A DNA stretch of 64,000 nt, from NCBI GenBank assembly GCA_951406725.2, contig OX597820.1:75144001-75208000 (forward strand), given 5' to 3'. The DNA is from Octopus vulgaris (Eukaryota). The translations under genes were made by a program, and so were the position numbers. The notes below the pieces were generated by a model. It saw only the letters and a list, made by a program, of their open reading frames with translations, searched no databases and was not told the DNA's origin. Position 1 is the stretch's first letter. Every line of letters begins with the position of its first letter. This document shows, piece after piece, positions 51,301-64,000 of the stretch.

Positions 51301-52968
51301 GTATCTGGGTCAGCTAATACACGTTTCAGCTCATTCCCTTGGATCATTTTGAAGTCGCCAGTGCCAGCTTTTACTGAGCACATCTATGATCAGAAGCATT
51401 CCAGCCGTGACAACCATGTCGCCTTTATTTATACCTGATATCCTTTCACTTATTCAATATTCTTGTTCTTTTCTATTTCTTTTGGATAAGATTAATTTCG
51501 AATGATATTTATTTACTACGTCTAAAAACTCCCGCAAAGACGAAAATTGAATGAAAGATCTGATGGTATTCAGCTCTTATTGTGAATTACTGTCAAACAA
51601 GGTGACAGCTTAAAAACACCACCTGATTATTAGGTCTCTTTATAGGAATCCAATCAATTGCAAGTATTGAACTAATTCTCCTGTCTTAGTATAACTTATG
51701 ATTTACTCCATCTCCCCACCGCCCGATAATCCTTCGTGGTTTTTCAAAATCTACGTGGTTAACACTCTTCCTACTCTAATGGAGCAATGAAACAAATCAC
51801 AAAACGTTTCCTACATTCATTAATCACTTAACCATTTAATATTCTAGTTATTTTGCACATTACTGTATGCAATAATGTACTCCTTTACTGTATTAAAATG
51901 ACGTGTTACTTTTCGTATTATCGGTTAAATATAAGAATCAGATACAAAGAAGAGAGTCACTAACACCTAAATCATAATGGCTTTTCAATATCATGGAATA
52001 GATGGAAAGCATTCCAGTTTTAAGCGTGGGTTTATAATATTTAAATACACGAATAAAGTTTCCTTTTTTAAATACCAAATTAAATAGAGATGTATGTACA
52101 AAGGCATAACCAAATGCAACACGAATATCCCCCTGCGGCCGCTGTAGGTCGGTCTGCCAGTCGCAGATCTGGCGCATCAGTCAACAGCGATCATGCACGC
52201 GGGATGGGTGAAAGGGAGTCGGCCTTTAAGTTTCTTCGTATCGAAGTCATCGCCAACAATCTGAGAGGCATGCATTTCCAAGTAAGATTATCTTCACATT
52301 TTTGATGCAACTCTCTACTCTCTACTGTTTTCTTCCTCCATCCTTCTCTAATTCTTTTTTTCTCCACCTCCCTCCTTCTTTCCTTCCCTCTTTCTCTTGC
52401 TTTCTCTCTCTCTCGCTGATCACACGATACCATCGTCCAGCTTTCTTTTCCTCACGTGACCATCTTAATTTTCTTGCACAGAAGTTTAAAAGAACGGATG
52501 TGTTTATCTCTCTTCTATATTTTCTCTTTTCAAAAGAAATGTTTCTCCTAGCGTTCACTATTTTCCTCTCGTTCTGGTCTAACGACCATCCATGTTTCTT
52601 TTCGTTCGGTTTCCATTTATATCTACACTGTGGTTTTTTGTTCCTAAATTTGACCCGCCATAAATCCTAAATTTTATTTTAGACATTATGGGAGCAACTG
52701 TTTTTGAAGACTCATATTGTCGTTGAATGCTTGAAATGAGGAGTAGACAGACAGCCGTCAACCGATGAAGGATCTTTATCTGTGTTTTCTTATCTGGTTT
52801 CCCATATTTTTCTTGATGTTGCTTACGTATTTCATGTTATTTGCCCCGTTGGTGGCGTCCTGAATCCATATATGCATTATGTATGTATGCACACACACAC
52901 ACACATATATATATACATATATATACATATATATGCACACATATATATCCACATACATATTATATTAC

Positions 52969-53000
<32 letters not shown>

Positions 53001-55287
53001 GTAATCTCTTATCATTATATATATACATACAATATATTATTTATTATATATACATACATATATTACATTATTTATCATTATATATATATACATACATATA
53101 ACATATTTATTATATATAAATACATATATATACAATATATTATTTATTATATATAAATATACATACATATATATGTATACTTGCAAACAGAACTTAAGCA
53201 AAGACTGAACATTTTCAGACGATGAATGTTTAAATATAAATATATAGATATTTATATGTTAACAGATCAAACATGCACACAGTTCAAACGAAAGAGAAAT
53301 TTAAAGATGAGGAGGTAAAATGTATGCGTGTGTATGTGTGTGTGTATGTGTGTGTGTTTGTATGTGTGTGGTATAGATGTTAGCAATAATTCCCAAGCGG
53401 AACGCTTCATCACGTAAAGGCTTTAAGTATGTCATTTACTAAGGTATTGTATTAGCAATCACAAAATATTCAAAGTACAATCGCCTAGGTATGCAATGCA
53501 GTTTAATAACTTAAATCACGTCAAAATGACATATTTGAGTGACGACGAATTAAATACTTTAACAACTACAAAATCTTCAATAGATTGATAGATTTGATTA
53601 CTGGATGTCAAAAAGAGAGAGGTAGTAAATACGATGTGGCAATCTTATTCACAAGATCATGGGTCTCGATTCGTGGAACGGGCAGTGGGTTGTGTTCTTG
53701 AGCAAAACACTTCATTTCACGTTGCTCTGACGTGTAGCACAGCTCACTGTGAACTTTTCGATTTGGATGGAAAGAGTGAGCTAATGTACATTGCCAACAT
53801 TTTATCTCTATAAAAATATCGTTTTTGTGGGTTGTTCCGTAATAATCTGCAGAAACCCTTTATGTGTATTATGCCAGGTGTGTCGACAAGCTTCTGAATA
53901 TGTACGACAGTAGATTTTTGCGGAATGATGCTATTTAACTCTCTTTTGAATGAGATTTAGAATAAACAAGGGATCGATCAGAACTTATAAAATAAAAAAA
54001 ACAAGACAGATCTGGAGACTAAAAACGCACGTGGTGTTTAATAATGTTTCGGGAATAAACACAGGAATGGTGATGAGAAAATACTAATACAAAACAAGAC
54101 CAAACAAATGCAGAGTATAAGCAAGGGCGTCTGTGGACATAAGACGTGGATGAGCATAGAAAATACTAGCGTATATAGGTAACAGGAAATCGAATATTCA
54201 TCGTACATCGAGGAAGACTGAACATGTAAGATCGGAGTAATGCTCACGAAATAAAAGGCTAAGAGAAGGAAATGTTGGATATGTGCGGGAGAAGAAGGTA
54301 GAAAAGGTAGAGAAAGTAGCGAAGAGCGAATGAGTGGGTGCAACATAGAGCGAAAGAATATGGGAGATACAGTTAAGATAGTGTTGGAGAGGTAATTAGA
54401 GAGAGGGTATAAGAGGGAACGAAAGTTAGAGAGTAAATGATGGTGAGAGAGAAAGAGAGGGTAAAACAGACGGAGAAAAAGATAATGAGAATCATAGAAT
54501 GAACATGATTGTGAGCGCTTGAATAAAAAATTCAAAAGTATATTGTAAGACTTATGAACAACTAACAGAAAGGACAAAATATAAAGATGGATAAAGCCAT
54601 TTCATCAGTCAACTTTCATTGCAGGATTTCTAGAATTTCGGCGCTTGGTAAAAGGTTGATATCCTTAATATGGAAGGCACCAGTTTTCACACAAAACCAA
54701 ACGTAAACATGTCTTGCGAGAAATATTCATATGGAATGTAGAAAATGTTTACTGAATGAAAACAATGCAGTTATTTAGTTATGGATTGACTTGCACCAGA
54801 GACCACCAAACTGCAATAAATAAATTGAAGCAAATCTGAAATAAACCTTCACAACAGTAGCAAAAGCACCTTTAATCACGGTGAGGATCGCGCAATTTTT
54901 TTTTAGTGGCGCAAAAAGCTGAGCAATTTTCTATAACTTATTCATTCAGTGAATGTGCTTCAACATAGGAAATGTTTTATATGACTGAAAACAAATGTTA
55001 TTATATGTGATCAAGGTCTCATTGATTTCCGAAAACAGAAAGTTTTGTAGCTGGTAAAGTACACGTACTCAGAAAATTTTTATGAATGTGAGGTGTCAGA
55101 TTTCCTTCAGCAGAGTCATTGATCTTCTCATAAATAAGCCATCAAATACGTTAGGAAATAATAGAAATAAACCCCACCCAGAAATTTATTCTCATTTCAT
55201 CGATAACGAAATACTTACACAAGCATGAGGTTTCTATGTAAATAAGCCTAGTTATTATACGAGTTGCTGTCTAAAAGAACATTTAGA

Positions 55288-55672
55288 GCGCAGGCGTTGC
55301 TATGTGGTGGTAAGATGTTTCCTTCGCAACCACATGGTTTCGAGTTCAGTCCCACTGAGTGGCACCTTGGGCAAGTGTCTTCTAGTATAGCCCCAGGCCG
55401 ACCAAAGCCTTGTGAGTGGATTTGGTAGACGAAAACTGAAAGGCGCCAGTCGTATATATATGTATATATATATATATATAATGTGTGTGTTTGTCCCCAC
55501 CACCATCACTTGAAACTGATAGTGCTTACATCCCCGTAACCTAGCGGTTCGGCAAAACAGAACGATAGAATAAGTACTAGGCCTACAAAGAAGTCATGGG
55601 AGCGATTTGTTTGACTAAAGACAGTGCTTCAGTATGACCGCTATCAAATAACTGAAACACGTAAAATAAAAA
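55288..55672 (+). mobile_element. CORE-type SINE (OR-like)
   Basis: Family match. Confidence 0.85.
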
Positions 55673-56204
55673 GCGAATAGAGCATGGGTGTGTTTACATT
55701 TGAGTATAGGGAATGCGCTCAATCGATCTGACCTCAACACAAGTTATGCCATCATTGCTGGCATAGCCTCACCGTACATGTGAAACAATAATTTAAGGAC
55801 CAGGTACGTATTATGTCGAGGTTTCTTAAAACTATCCTTTCTCTGTAGATTTGGAGGAAATATTTCGTAGCGCTGCCATAATATTTTTCTTTCTCCGAAC
55901 AAGCACAAAGCGTGGAAGTGTTGGAGAGGGATGAGGGTTAGTCGATTTCATCGATCCCACTGCTCACTTGGTATTTACTTTATGGCCCTGAAAAGGATGA
56001 AATGCAGGCAACGCCGATCTCGGCGTAATTTGAACTCAGAACGAAAAATCTGGAAGAAATGTAGCTGAGCCTTTTGTACAGCGGGCTGATGATTCACCCA
56101 CTTTGCCACCTTAACAGCCACCAATACATTAATATTAGTTAAAAATGCAGGTTGCCGGAGCTGCCGCAGTACTGGAAGCAACAATAGCAGCAGCAGCGTC
56201 GGCA

Positions 56205-56232
56205 GTAGTAGTAGTAGTAGTAGTATTAGTAT

Positions 56233-56267
<35 letters not shown>

Positions 56268-56283
56268 AAAGTAGTAGTAGTAG
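56205..56283. repeat. (TAG)n microsatellite
   Basis: Seen directly. Confidence 0.9.
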
Positions 56284-56699
56284 CGCGAGAGCAACATATG
56301 ATGCCTCTGTTTTAACGCAATCGTCTTAAGAGAACCAAGCTATGATCAAAGACACTGCTTTCCATATGTAGGATTACTATTGAATGGGCCTTCATGTTCC
56401 ACATGATATAGGGTTATTTTACTTTTATTTCTAGTGATTCTTGTAATCGCTTTGAAGAGTACTCTGTTGTCTCGTAGTAAAACAAGTAGAAATAATGGTT
56501 TTAATGTAGAGATCGTCACTGTTGTTGTCGGTGTAGTGATCATGGGCTGATTTCATCGACCACAGTACTGGACTGGTATCATGTTTTATCAACCCCGAAA
56601 TGGCAAAGTCGACTACGGAGGGTTTGGGACATCGAATGTAAATTTAGGGAAGCTTCTTAGATGAAATGATAACAACAAAGCAGGATAAACGAAGAGGAA

Positions 56700-57070
56700 T
56701 ATATGATAATAATAATAATATGATGATGATGATGATAATAATAATAATAATAATCATAATAACAACAACAACAACAATGAGAAGAAGAAGACGAAGAAGA
56801 AGAAACCAGAAATGAAGAGAAAAGGAAAAATAAGCAGAGGGAGGTGAATAAGAGAATGAGGAAGATGAGATGGAGAGAAGATGAAGTGGATAAAGAAAAA
56901 ATAATGGAAAGCGGATGATAAAAAGAAAAGAGGATGATGAAAAGAAGGAGAAGAGAAAAAGAAATAAAAGAAAGAAGAAGAAGAAGAAGAAGAAGAAGAA
57001 GAAGAAGAAGAAGAAGAAGAAGAAGAAGAAGAAGAAGAAGAAGAAGAAGAAGAAGAAGAAAAAAGAAGGG
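56700..57070. repeat. Compound (AAT)/(GAT)/(AAC)/(GAA)n and purine-rich low complexity
   Basis: Seen directly. Confidence 0.9.
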
Positions 57071-57508
57071 CAAGGGAGGAGAAGAGGTATGAGGAAGATA
57101 AGACGAAGGTGAAGTGGAGAGTAAGAAGAAGGAAATGAATAAAAAGAAGGAAAAAGAAGAGAGGAATAAAGATATACAAGAAAAGTTAGCTGAGAAAGTA
57201 AGCAAGGAAATTAAGATGCGTTCACATATGAGGTAAAAAGAAAGTAAATGCGATGATGGCAAAGGTTGAAGAAAAATATAATTGAAAGAAGACTATATGG
57301 GATATATGGAATACGTGTGTGTGTGTATGTGTGTGTGTATTAAGTAAAGCTAAACATGAAGTATAATAATTCATTCTAGTATTACATAAAATCTTCTCAG
57401 TAATGGAATGTAAAATATATTGAAGTCTGAACCACAAAAATCAGTCTGAACTCGTCAAAGTGATTAAAACAGTACTCTCTCACTTCATAATATTACATGC
57501 GTACCGTT

Positions 57509-57561
<53 letters not shown>

Positions 57562-58094
57562 ATGTATATACATATATTCTTTTTCATTTTGTGCGGAACC
57601 TTATTGAATAGGTACATATTGATTATTGATTCCTGACAGCTTCAAGACGGAATAGACTTTTCTTTTAGTGTAATATAGTAGATGAAAAATGCTATGGAAG
57701 CGGTGCGGAGTTTTCGAAACAATTCAAATATCTGCTGCATATGGAATCTAATCCAACATCGAAGGTTGCCTATTATTAAAATTTTCTTCTATGCTTTCAA
57801 TGGTTTTAGGCGCTGTCTTTAAGCTTTTAGTCAATTATATTGACCCTAGTACATCGTCTGCTTCTCATTTTATTGATTTCTGTATATTGAATATATTGAA
57901 TGGCTGGTTTTGGCTTGAATTCTATACGTTTTTTATTTTCTGAAAGTTACCACCATTTAAAGTGGTAATCCCTTTTAAAGCGTATAACTCATTATATTGA
58001 TAAAATGAGAACTACACACTGCACTGAGAAAAATATAATATATTTTAAGCGGAAATAATAAAAGGTAATTAGAAGAAATTGCACCGAAATTTAT

Positions 58095-58127
<33 letters not shown>

Positions 58128-58129
<2 letters not shown>

Positions 58130-58564
58130 CTTTTCTACTCTAGGCATAAGGTCCGATATTTTGGGAGAGGGGGCTAGGTCGATTAGATCAACCACAGTAC
58201 GGAAATGGTGCTTAATTTATCCACAATGAAGCGATGAGAGGCAAAGTCGATCTCGGCGAAATTTGAACCCAGAACGTAAAGACAGACGAAATACCGCTAA
58301 GTATTTCGCCCTGCGTAATAACGTTTCTGCCAGCTCACCACCTTATTGCCTACAAGGGGCTAAACAGAGTGGGGACAAACAAGGACAGACAAACGGATTA
58401 AGTCGATTATATCGATCCCAGTGCGTAACTGGTACTTATTCAATCGACCCCGAAAGGATGAAAAGCAAAGTCGACCTCGGCGGAATTTGAACTCAGAACG
58501 TAGCGGCAGACGAAATACTGCTAAGCATTTCGTCCGGCGAGCTAACGTTTCTGCCAGCTCGCCG

Positions 58565-58568
<4 letters not shown>
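58128..58568 (-). mobile_element. Tandem pair of tRNA-derived SINEs
   Basis: Two complete family units joined at about 58343. Confidence 0.85.
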
Positions 58569-58646
<78 letters not shown>

Positions 58647-58993
58647 GTGGTACAACAATGCATCAATATTTACTGGAAATAGCAGTCGATAATATATGGC
58701 GCTATAGTAAAGCTTCACTCTGTATATACTGGCAAAGATGCTTGTGGGCGGCGAACATAAAAAAAAAATCATCTTACTTGCAAGAAGAACATTAGATAAA
58801 TGTACAACTCAGATGTTGATAATCTAGGACCTAGGATTTGAAATCTCCCAAATACGTTTGCTAACGTAAATTTCCAGTAAATATTAGTGCTTTGTTGTAC
58901 CACTATTATATATTTATACTTTACCTTTATGGTGCTTTGATTTACTGGATAGCAATATTTTTGTATTGCACTATTTATCAATTTTTCTTTGAG

Positions 58994-59061
<68 letters not shown>

Positions 59062-59315
59062 GAAATTGAGTTATTCAAATCTTTATACTTCCAAAGTTAT
59101 TCAAATCTTTATACTTCCAATTTATCTATGTGAACAAAAACATTTCGCTAAACCCTGTAAGTTCTCAATTTATAAGTAGGCTGTTACATCCTTGGCACTT
59201 ATGTGAATTTTTGCTGCCCTGGTAACTATTTATTAATTTTTTCCGTGTAATTTGTACACATTGAAAAATACATATACATTTAAATATACATATACATATA
59301 TATATATGTATATAT

Positions 59316-59726
59316 AATGATAAATATCAGAGTGAGTTATCAACAGTAGCAGAAACACATCGTGATGTAAATATGCCATTTGAATATGACTAACCCCTAA
59401 GGGTGTATGCTACTGTAGTTTTTAGCCCCAGGAAGACATCTCCTCCAGCTGGCTATAGACACACTTTCTGTGCCCTATTAGTATTCGCAAAGGGAAGCCA
59501 TCCTTCCCGTCTTCAACTTATGATACACACGGACCCGAGTTTCAAGGTATTGACCTATCATCAGCGTGTGACAATCACAGTTGTCGATAGGAAGGAGGTT
59601 CTCTTTACAAATACATATACTTTTTCCAGTGTTCAGTGACACTGATATTGAAAAAGTGAAATCAAACAATGAAAAATATCAGAGTGAGTTATCAACAGTA
59701 GCAGAAACACATCGTGATGTAAATAT
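59316..59726 (-). mobile_element. 352-bp terminally redundant hammerhead-containing unit (Penelope pLTR or retrozyme-like)
   Basis: Exact 53-bp direct repeat at 59322-59374 and 59674-59726, with an internal hammerhead. Confidence 0.7.
59526..59570 (-). ncRNA. Type I hammerhead ribozyme motif
   Basis: Minus strand CACACG CTGATGA T AGGT CAAT ACCT T GAAAC TCGG GTC CGTGTG: 6-bp stem I, intact core, 4-bp stem II, GUC triplet. Confidence 0.85.
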
Positions 59727-59808
59727 ATATATATAAATTTATGTGTATTTTTTCAATGTGTACAAATTACACGGAAAAAGTAAATAAATAGTTACTAGGG
59801 CAGCAAAA

Positions 59809-59851
<43 letters not shown>

Positions 59852-60605
59852 CCAGCATTACCACCATCACACTTGCTTCTATCCAGTGGCAAACAGGATA
59901 GAGGCAATGGAGAGTGGTAGAGGGTGCTGTTCAAAGTCTTCAGTTTTGAACCTAGACTCAACTGGACATAGTGTAATGGTCATTTTAACGGTATCTCACT
60001 AATCTTTCATTAATCGAAGCGACGAGAATCAACACTATGCATACATACACAAATACACATACATACATACACTTACACACACATATATATTAATATGCAT
60101 ACATACATACATACATACATACATACATACATACATACATGCATGCAAGCATACATCGAAGAGGCCTGGCGGAATTTCTCTCTGAAAATTTCAATAAAAT
60201 GCAAAAATAATAGATGAGACTTAGTGAATTGGGGCGGAGATTAGAAACTATGCCCTGTGGTGGAAATCAGCTGCGCAACGGATGTCAGCATAACGCTGAA
60301 GATCAATGATAAGGGGAAAAAACACATAAGCTGAACTATTGAAAAAACTTTCAGCTACTCTACTCGCATTACACTTTCAGATTTATACCCCTAATTATGA
60401 TAAGTAGCAAACTGTCTGAGTACCAATACTGAGAAATAAGAATTCTCAAAACCAGAGGAGAGAAAACGCATAAGGTAATTTTAGAAACGAAACATCAATA
60501 GAACAATCAAAATATGTAAACTTTTAGCATTTCTAGCCATGCAACTATAAGAATACCAATCAGAGAACGTAAACTTCCGCAAAAGCAACACCAACGTCCT
60601 CTCAA

Positions 60606-60925
60606 TAACTAAGCGGGGATGATTTATAAGATGAGAATATCTGAAATAAACTCGATTGCTCTCACAAACAAAAATACTAAAATTAAACACGACAGTTCTC
60701 AAAAATTAAGTAAATAAAAAAAGCAAAAGGAAAGCATCCAAAATCCTTGTCCGGTACCGGATCGATCCTAAAATCTAATAAGTTTGTGCCAGTCATGCGT
60801 CCAAACATCCACGAAAGTTTCATTTGAATCCATCCAGCGGTTCTTCAGATATCTTGTCCACGGACAAACAATCAAAGAAACAGGACTGAAAACTATACCT
60901 TCGCCTTCGATAAGGCGGAGGTAAT
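60606..60925 (+). mobile_element. Helentron-associated (HINE/DINE-like) non-autonomous element
   Basis: AAAGTTTCATTTGAATCCATCCAGCGGTTC body, ACGGACAAAC repeat remnant, 3' hairpin CCTTCGCCTT-CGAT-AAGGCGGAGG followed by TAATAAAA; left boundary tentative. Confidence 0.65.
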
Positions 60926-60961
60926 AAAAGAGACAGATCTACACATGCACTGAATCATTCA

Positions 60962-61375
60962 TACTCTTTTACTCTTTTACATGTTTCAGTCATTTCACTG
61001 CGGCCATGCTGGAGCACCGCCTTTAGTCGAGCAAATCGACCCCAGGACTTATTCTTTGGAAGCCTAGTACTTATTCTATCCGTCTCTTTGGCCGAACCGC
61101 TAAATTTACGGGGTCGTAAACACACCAGCATCGGTTGTCAAGCGATGTTGAGGCGACAAACACAGAAACACAAACATATACACACGCATATATACATATA
61201 TACATATATACAACGGGCTTCTTTTAATTTCTGCCCGCCAAATTCACTCACAAGGCTTTGATCGGCCCGAGGCTATAGTAGAAGACTCTTGACCAAGGTG
61301 TCACGCAGTGGGAATGAACCCGAAAGCATGTGGTTAGTAAACAAGCGACTTACCACACAGCTTCTCTTGCGCCCA
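60962..61375 (-). mobile_element. CORE-type SINE (OR-like), well preserved
   Basis: Family match including the (CTCTTTTA) tail repeat. Confidence 0.85.
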
Positions 61376-64000
61376 CACAACTAACATTTAGATAATAAGG
61401 GTAAACAGTTAAATATTAATTTGATTAATATCAATATAAAGCAGTGGCCTAGCATATTGAAAAAAGCTGAAGATTCAGAAAAAATACATTACATACATAT
61501 AAGCAAACACCAGAAACGCCAGAAACGCTTTTGCTGAATCTTCTTGAGAACAATGTTTTCTTAGTGGTCAGACCATATGAGGTTTACATCTAGCATATTG
61601 GATGTCCACTTAGTGGTCACTCCTCGTATATGTACACAACTAACATGTAGAAGTTTTTCAAAATTCTCATGAAGGAGCCTTTGATCTAGGTTAGAAACCG
61701 GCTCTTTCTTTGTTAGCCAAATAATAACATACACAGTTTCTGAACACAAAGTGGTTGCAAAGCAAAACTCTTAATCAAATGGACACTACCTGCATTTATA
61801 TTGTCCACTATGTCTGTACTATCATTACATTTCTGCTGGCTTATATTGTTTCACCGCTAGAAAGCTGTAATCATTTATTTTCATCCTGTAAAATCTACCA
61901 TTTAGTTCCTCCTTAAGGTACCCTTTTTCTCCTTCGTGAGCTCTTGGAGTCATTGTACTGGTTATTCCATAACATATAAATGGCCGCGTTAATAACATTC
62001 TTTTAAATTGGACATCGGTCTGTTTCGTTGTTCAAAGTTATAATCTTGAGGAGAGGGGACAAGGTAGTTACATCGACTCCAGGACTTGATTGGTGTTTTA
62101 TCAACGTCCACGGGACAAAAGGCAGCATTGGCTCTGGTTGTATTTCAAATACAAATCGGAATGGAAACAACACAAAGTAATGCTGTTAGATATTTTGCCT
62201 AGCGTGCTAACAATTCTACTACCTCACCGCCTTTCTCTAAGGTACCCACGAATATATTCCATCTACATTGCATATCATTCTGTTAGCTTTAACCTGACGG
62301 CTGAGATTTGAGGCGTCTCAACCGCTATTTTCAGCGCTTCTTATTGCTTGCTTCAACATTTGTGTTGTAAACATTCTAGATGGATTTCCGTGATATGAGA
62401 TTTTCCTACTCAGGAAAGATATTTGAGTGATTCATATGGTCTTCGTGTATCATACTTAAACTTACAGCATATGAAACCTATGCAATATAACCCTTAAATA
62501 TTCAATCTTAAATGTGCGCACAACCGACACAAGGATAGATACAAAGCTACAGGCTATTCGTTTCCTTTCACTACATAGTCTTGTATCATAGGCCGATCTA
62601 TTGCTGAAAAAGAACAAATATTTTTAACAAAGCAACAACTATTGGCCAGCCAGGACGAATCCTAAACATCGATCTGAACATAACAAATAGATATCAAGCA
62701 AAACAATATGATTATAATAAAAAAGGGAATTTTATTTCATTAAATATTTGAATAAATGCCAGCTTCTCCAAACCAGCGCCAAATTACAGTCACTGAAATC
62801 TTCGAATTTTAGTTTGTACTCAAAAATATCTAAAAATAAATAAATAAATAGAATAGAATAACTATATAGCGAAACAATAAAATGCCACGTAATCTCGATG
62901 TTTGTATGTCTGCATAGAAAGGTTATTGCAGGTTTGGGTTATATAAACATGGAAAAATATTTCTGCAGTTATCGATTTAAAAAAAAAAAAAAAAACAGAA
63001 TGCGTCTTGGTTGTTTAAAGGCTTTAGATATTAAACACTGACGTTGTGAGTACATAGGATGAGAAATGTGCTCATATAAATGCCGAACATTTGAAATGAA
63101 AATCAGTGTTTTTGAATTCCGGTTAACAGTTTTATTACGAGCATTTATGTGCGTTTCCATATGCATACCTATACAAATATATGCATAAATAGACTGAACC
63201 ATACGACTAACAGTATTCTGAATCGCGAGTGCTGTTATAATGGTTAACATTTTCAAGATGATCGGCGTCACTATCTATGCCTTTGTGAACACAGCCTACT
63301 ATTTTTTGTCATAAAAACCGGTAATCTAAGATTCTTTAGATCTTTCTGGTATCGCCAGGACAAGCTACGGGTGTATCATAATAGTCTGCTTTCCGAGAAA
63401 ATAACTCTTAATTAGCTAACACCATGAAAATTCTAGATATAATATTCCTAATGATGGACCTAATCCCTACTCTAAGTTGACTGGAATATCTTAGCATATT
63501 GCAGGTTCTTCTTCGATTTATGATACGGACAATAAAGTTTGTGTTTTGTTCTTATGTTACATTTGAAAGTTACTAGCATAACAGATAGCTCTAGATTTAT
63601 GAAAATCTAGGACTATCTATTTTGTCTAGGACTATCTATTATAGCCTCATCCCTATATAGACTGCAGTTCATTTGAGAGAACTACCTACTAATGCAATAT
63701 AAGATTTAAATAACTACGTGATCTGAAACTTACAATGAGTAAATGCATCCCATGGTTATATTAAAGTGATAAGTCTGTTATTTCTCGTCCTTTGAATTCA
63801 ATAATTGTCCGTTAATAGTCGTTAATAGAGTAACTACACACTGCTTTGATAACTGAGGGTGCTTCATAGCGTAAATAAAACTTTTGTTGATGGGAATACA
63901 AGAAATAAATGCGGATAAAATCGTTAATAGGTATAATTTTAAAATTGAATTTTGTAAAAATCTAATTTAAAAGGAACATCCCAGAGATAATAAACTAACT

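Larger units (their letters stand above)
59207..59810. repeat. About 80-bp inverted repeats enclosing the hammerhead unit
   Basis: 59207-59288 is the approximate reverse complement of 59726-59810. Confidence 0.85.

Noticed and set aside
54038-54577. 179-aa hydrophobic ORF on the minus strand
   Set aside because: It is the antisense reading of purine-rich low-complexity DNA, with no recognisable domain.
56657-57262. 201-aa poly-Leu ORF and overlapping poly-Ser and poly-Lys ORFs
   Set aside because: They derive from (GAA)n and purine-rich tracts.
58421-58795. Recurrent peptide MRNWYLFNRPRKDE... (also at 7719, 21677, 43118, 47945)
   Set aside because: It is the antisense translation of a SINE and not a gene family.
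63607-63641. 19-bp tandem duplication CTAGGACTATCTATT
   Set aside because: Ordinary slippage duplication with no further structure.

Overview
AT-rich, microsatellite-dense eukaryotic DNA with no protein-coding host gene that I can recognise. It reads as a large intron or intergenic region. The repeat families resemble those of coleoid cephalopods, most likely Octopus; this is inferred from remembered repeat sequences and not from a search. Most ORFs in the supplied track are translations of (TA)n, (TG)n, (GATA)n, (AAT)n, (GAA)n or SINE sequence. The window contains many tRNA-derived SINEs of at least three families, truncated LINE remnants (Tx1/L1-like, CR1-like, RTE-like), a hAT MITE with an 8-bp TSD, a Helentron-type element, palindromic elements, local duplications, and a 5.8S rRNA pseudogene fused to a SINE. 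The most notable signals are four. (1) About ten minimal type I hammerhead-ribozyme-like motifs from several Penelope-like families, two with intact catalytic cores (44367-44404 +; 59526-59570 -), the latter inside a 352-bp terminally redundant, retrozyme-like unit. (2) A tRNA-headed SINE-like element with a hammerhead-bearing Penelope-type tail and 5' inverted tail pieces. (3) A SINE whose 3' tail matches the Tx1-like LINE end and which repeatedly joins related SINE bodies at one fixed site. (4) The 5.8S-SINE chimera. Element boundaries were read by eye and are approximate unless TSD, TIR or repeat coordinates are given.
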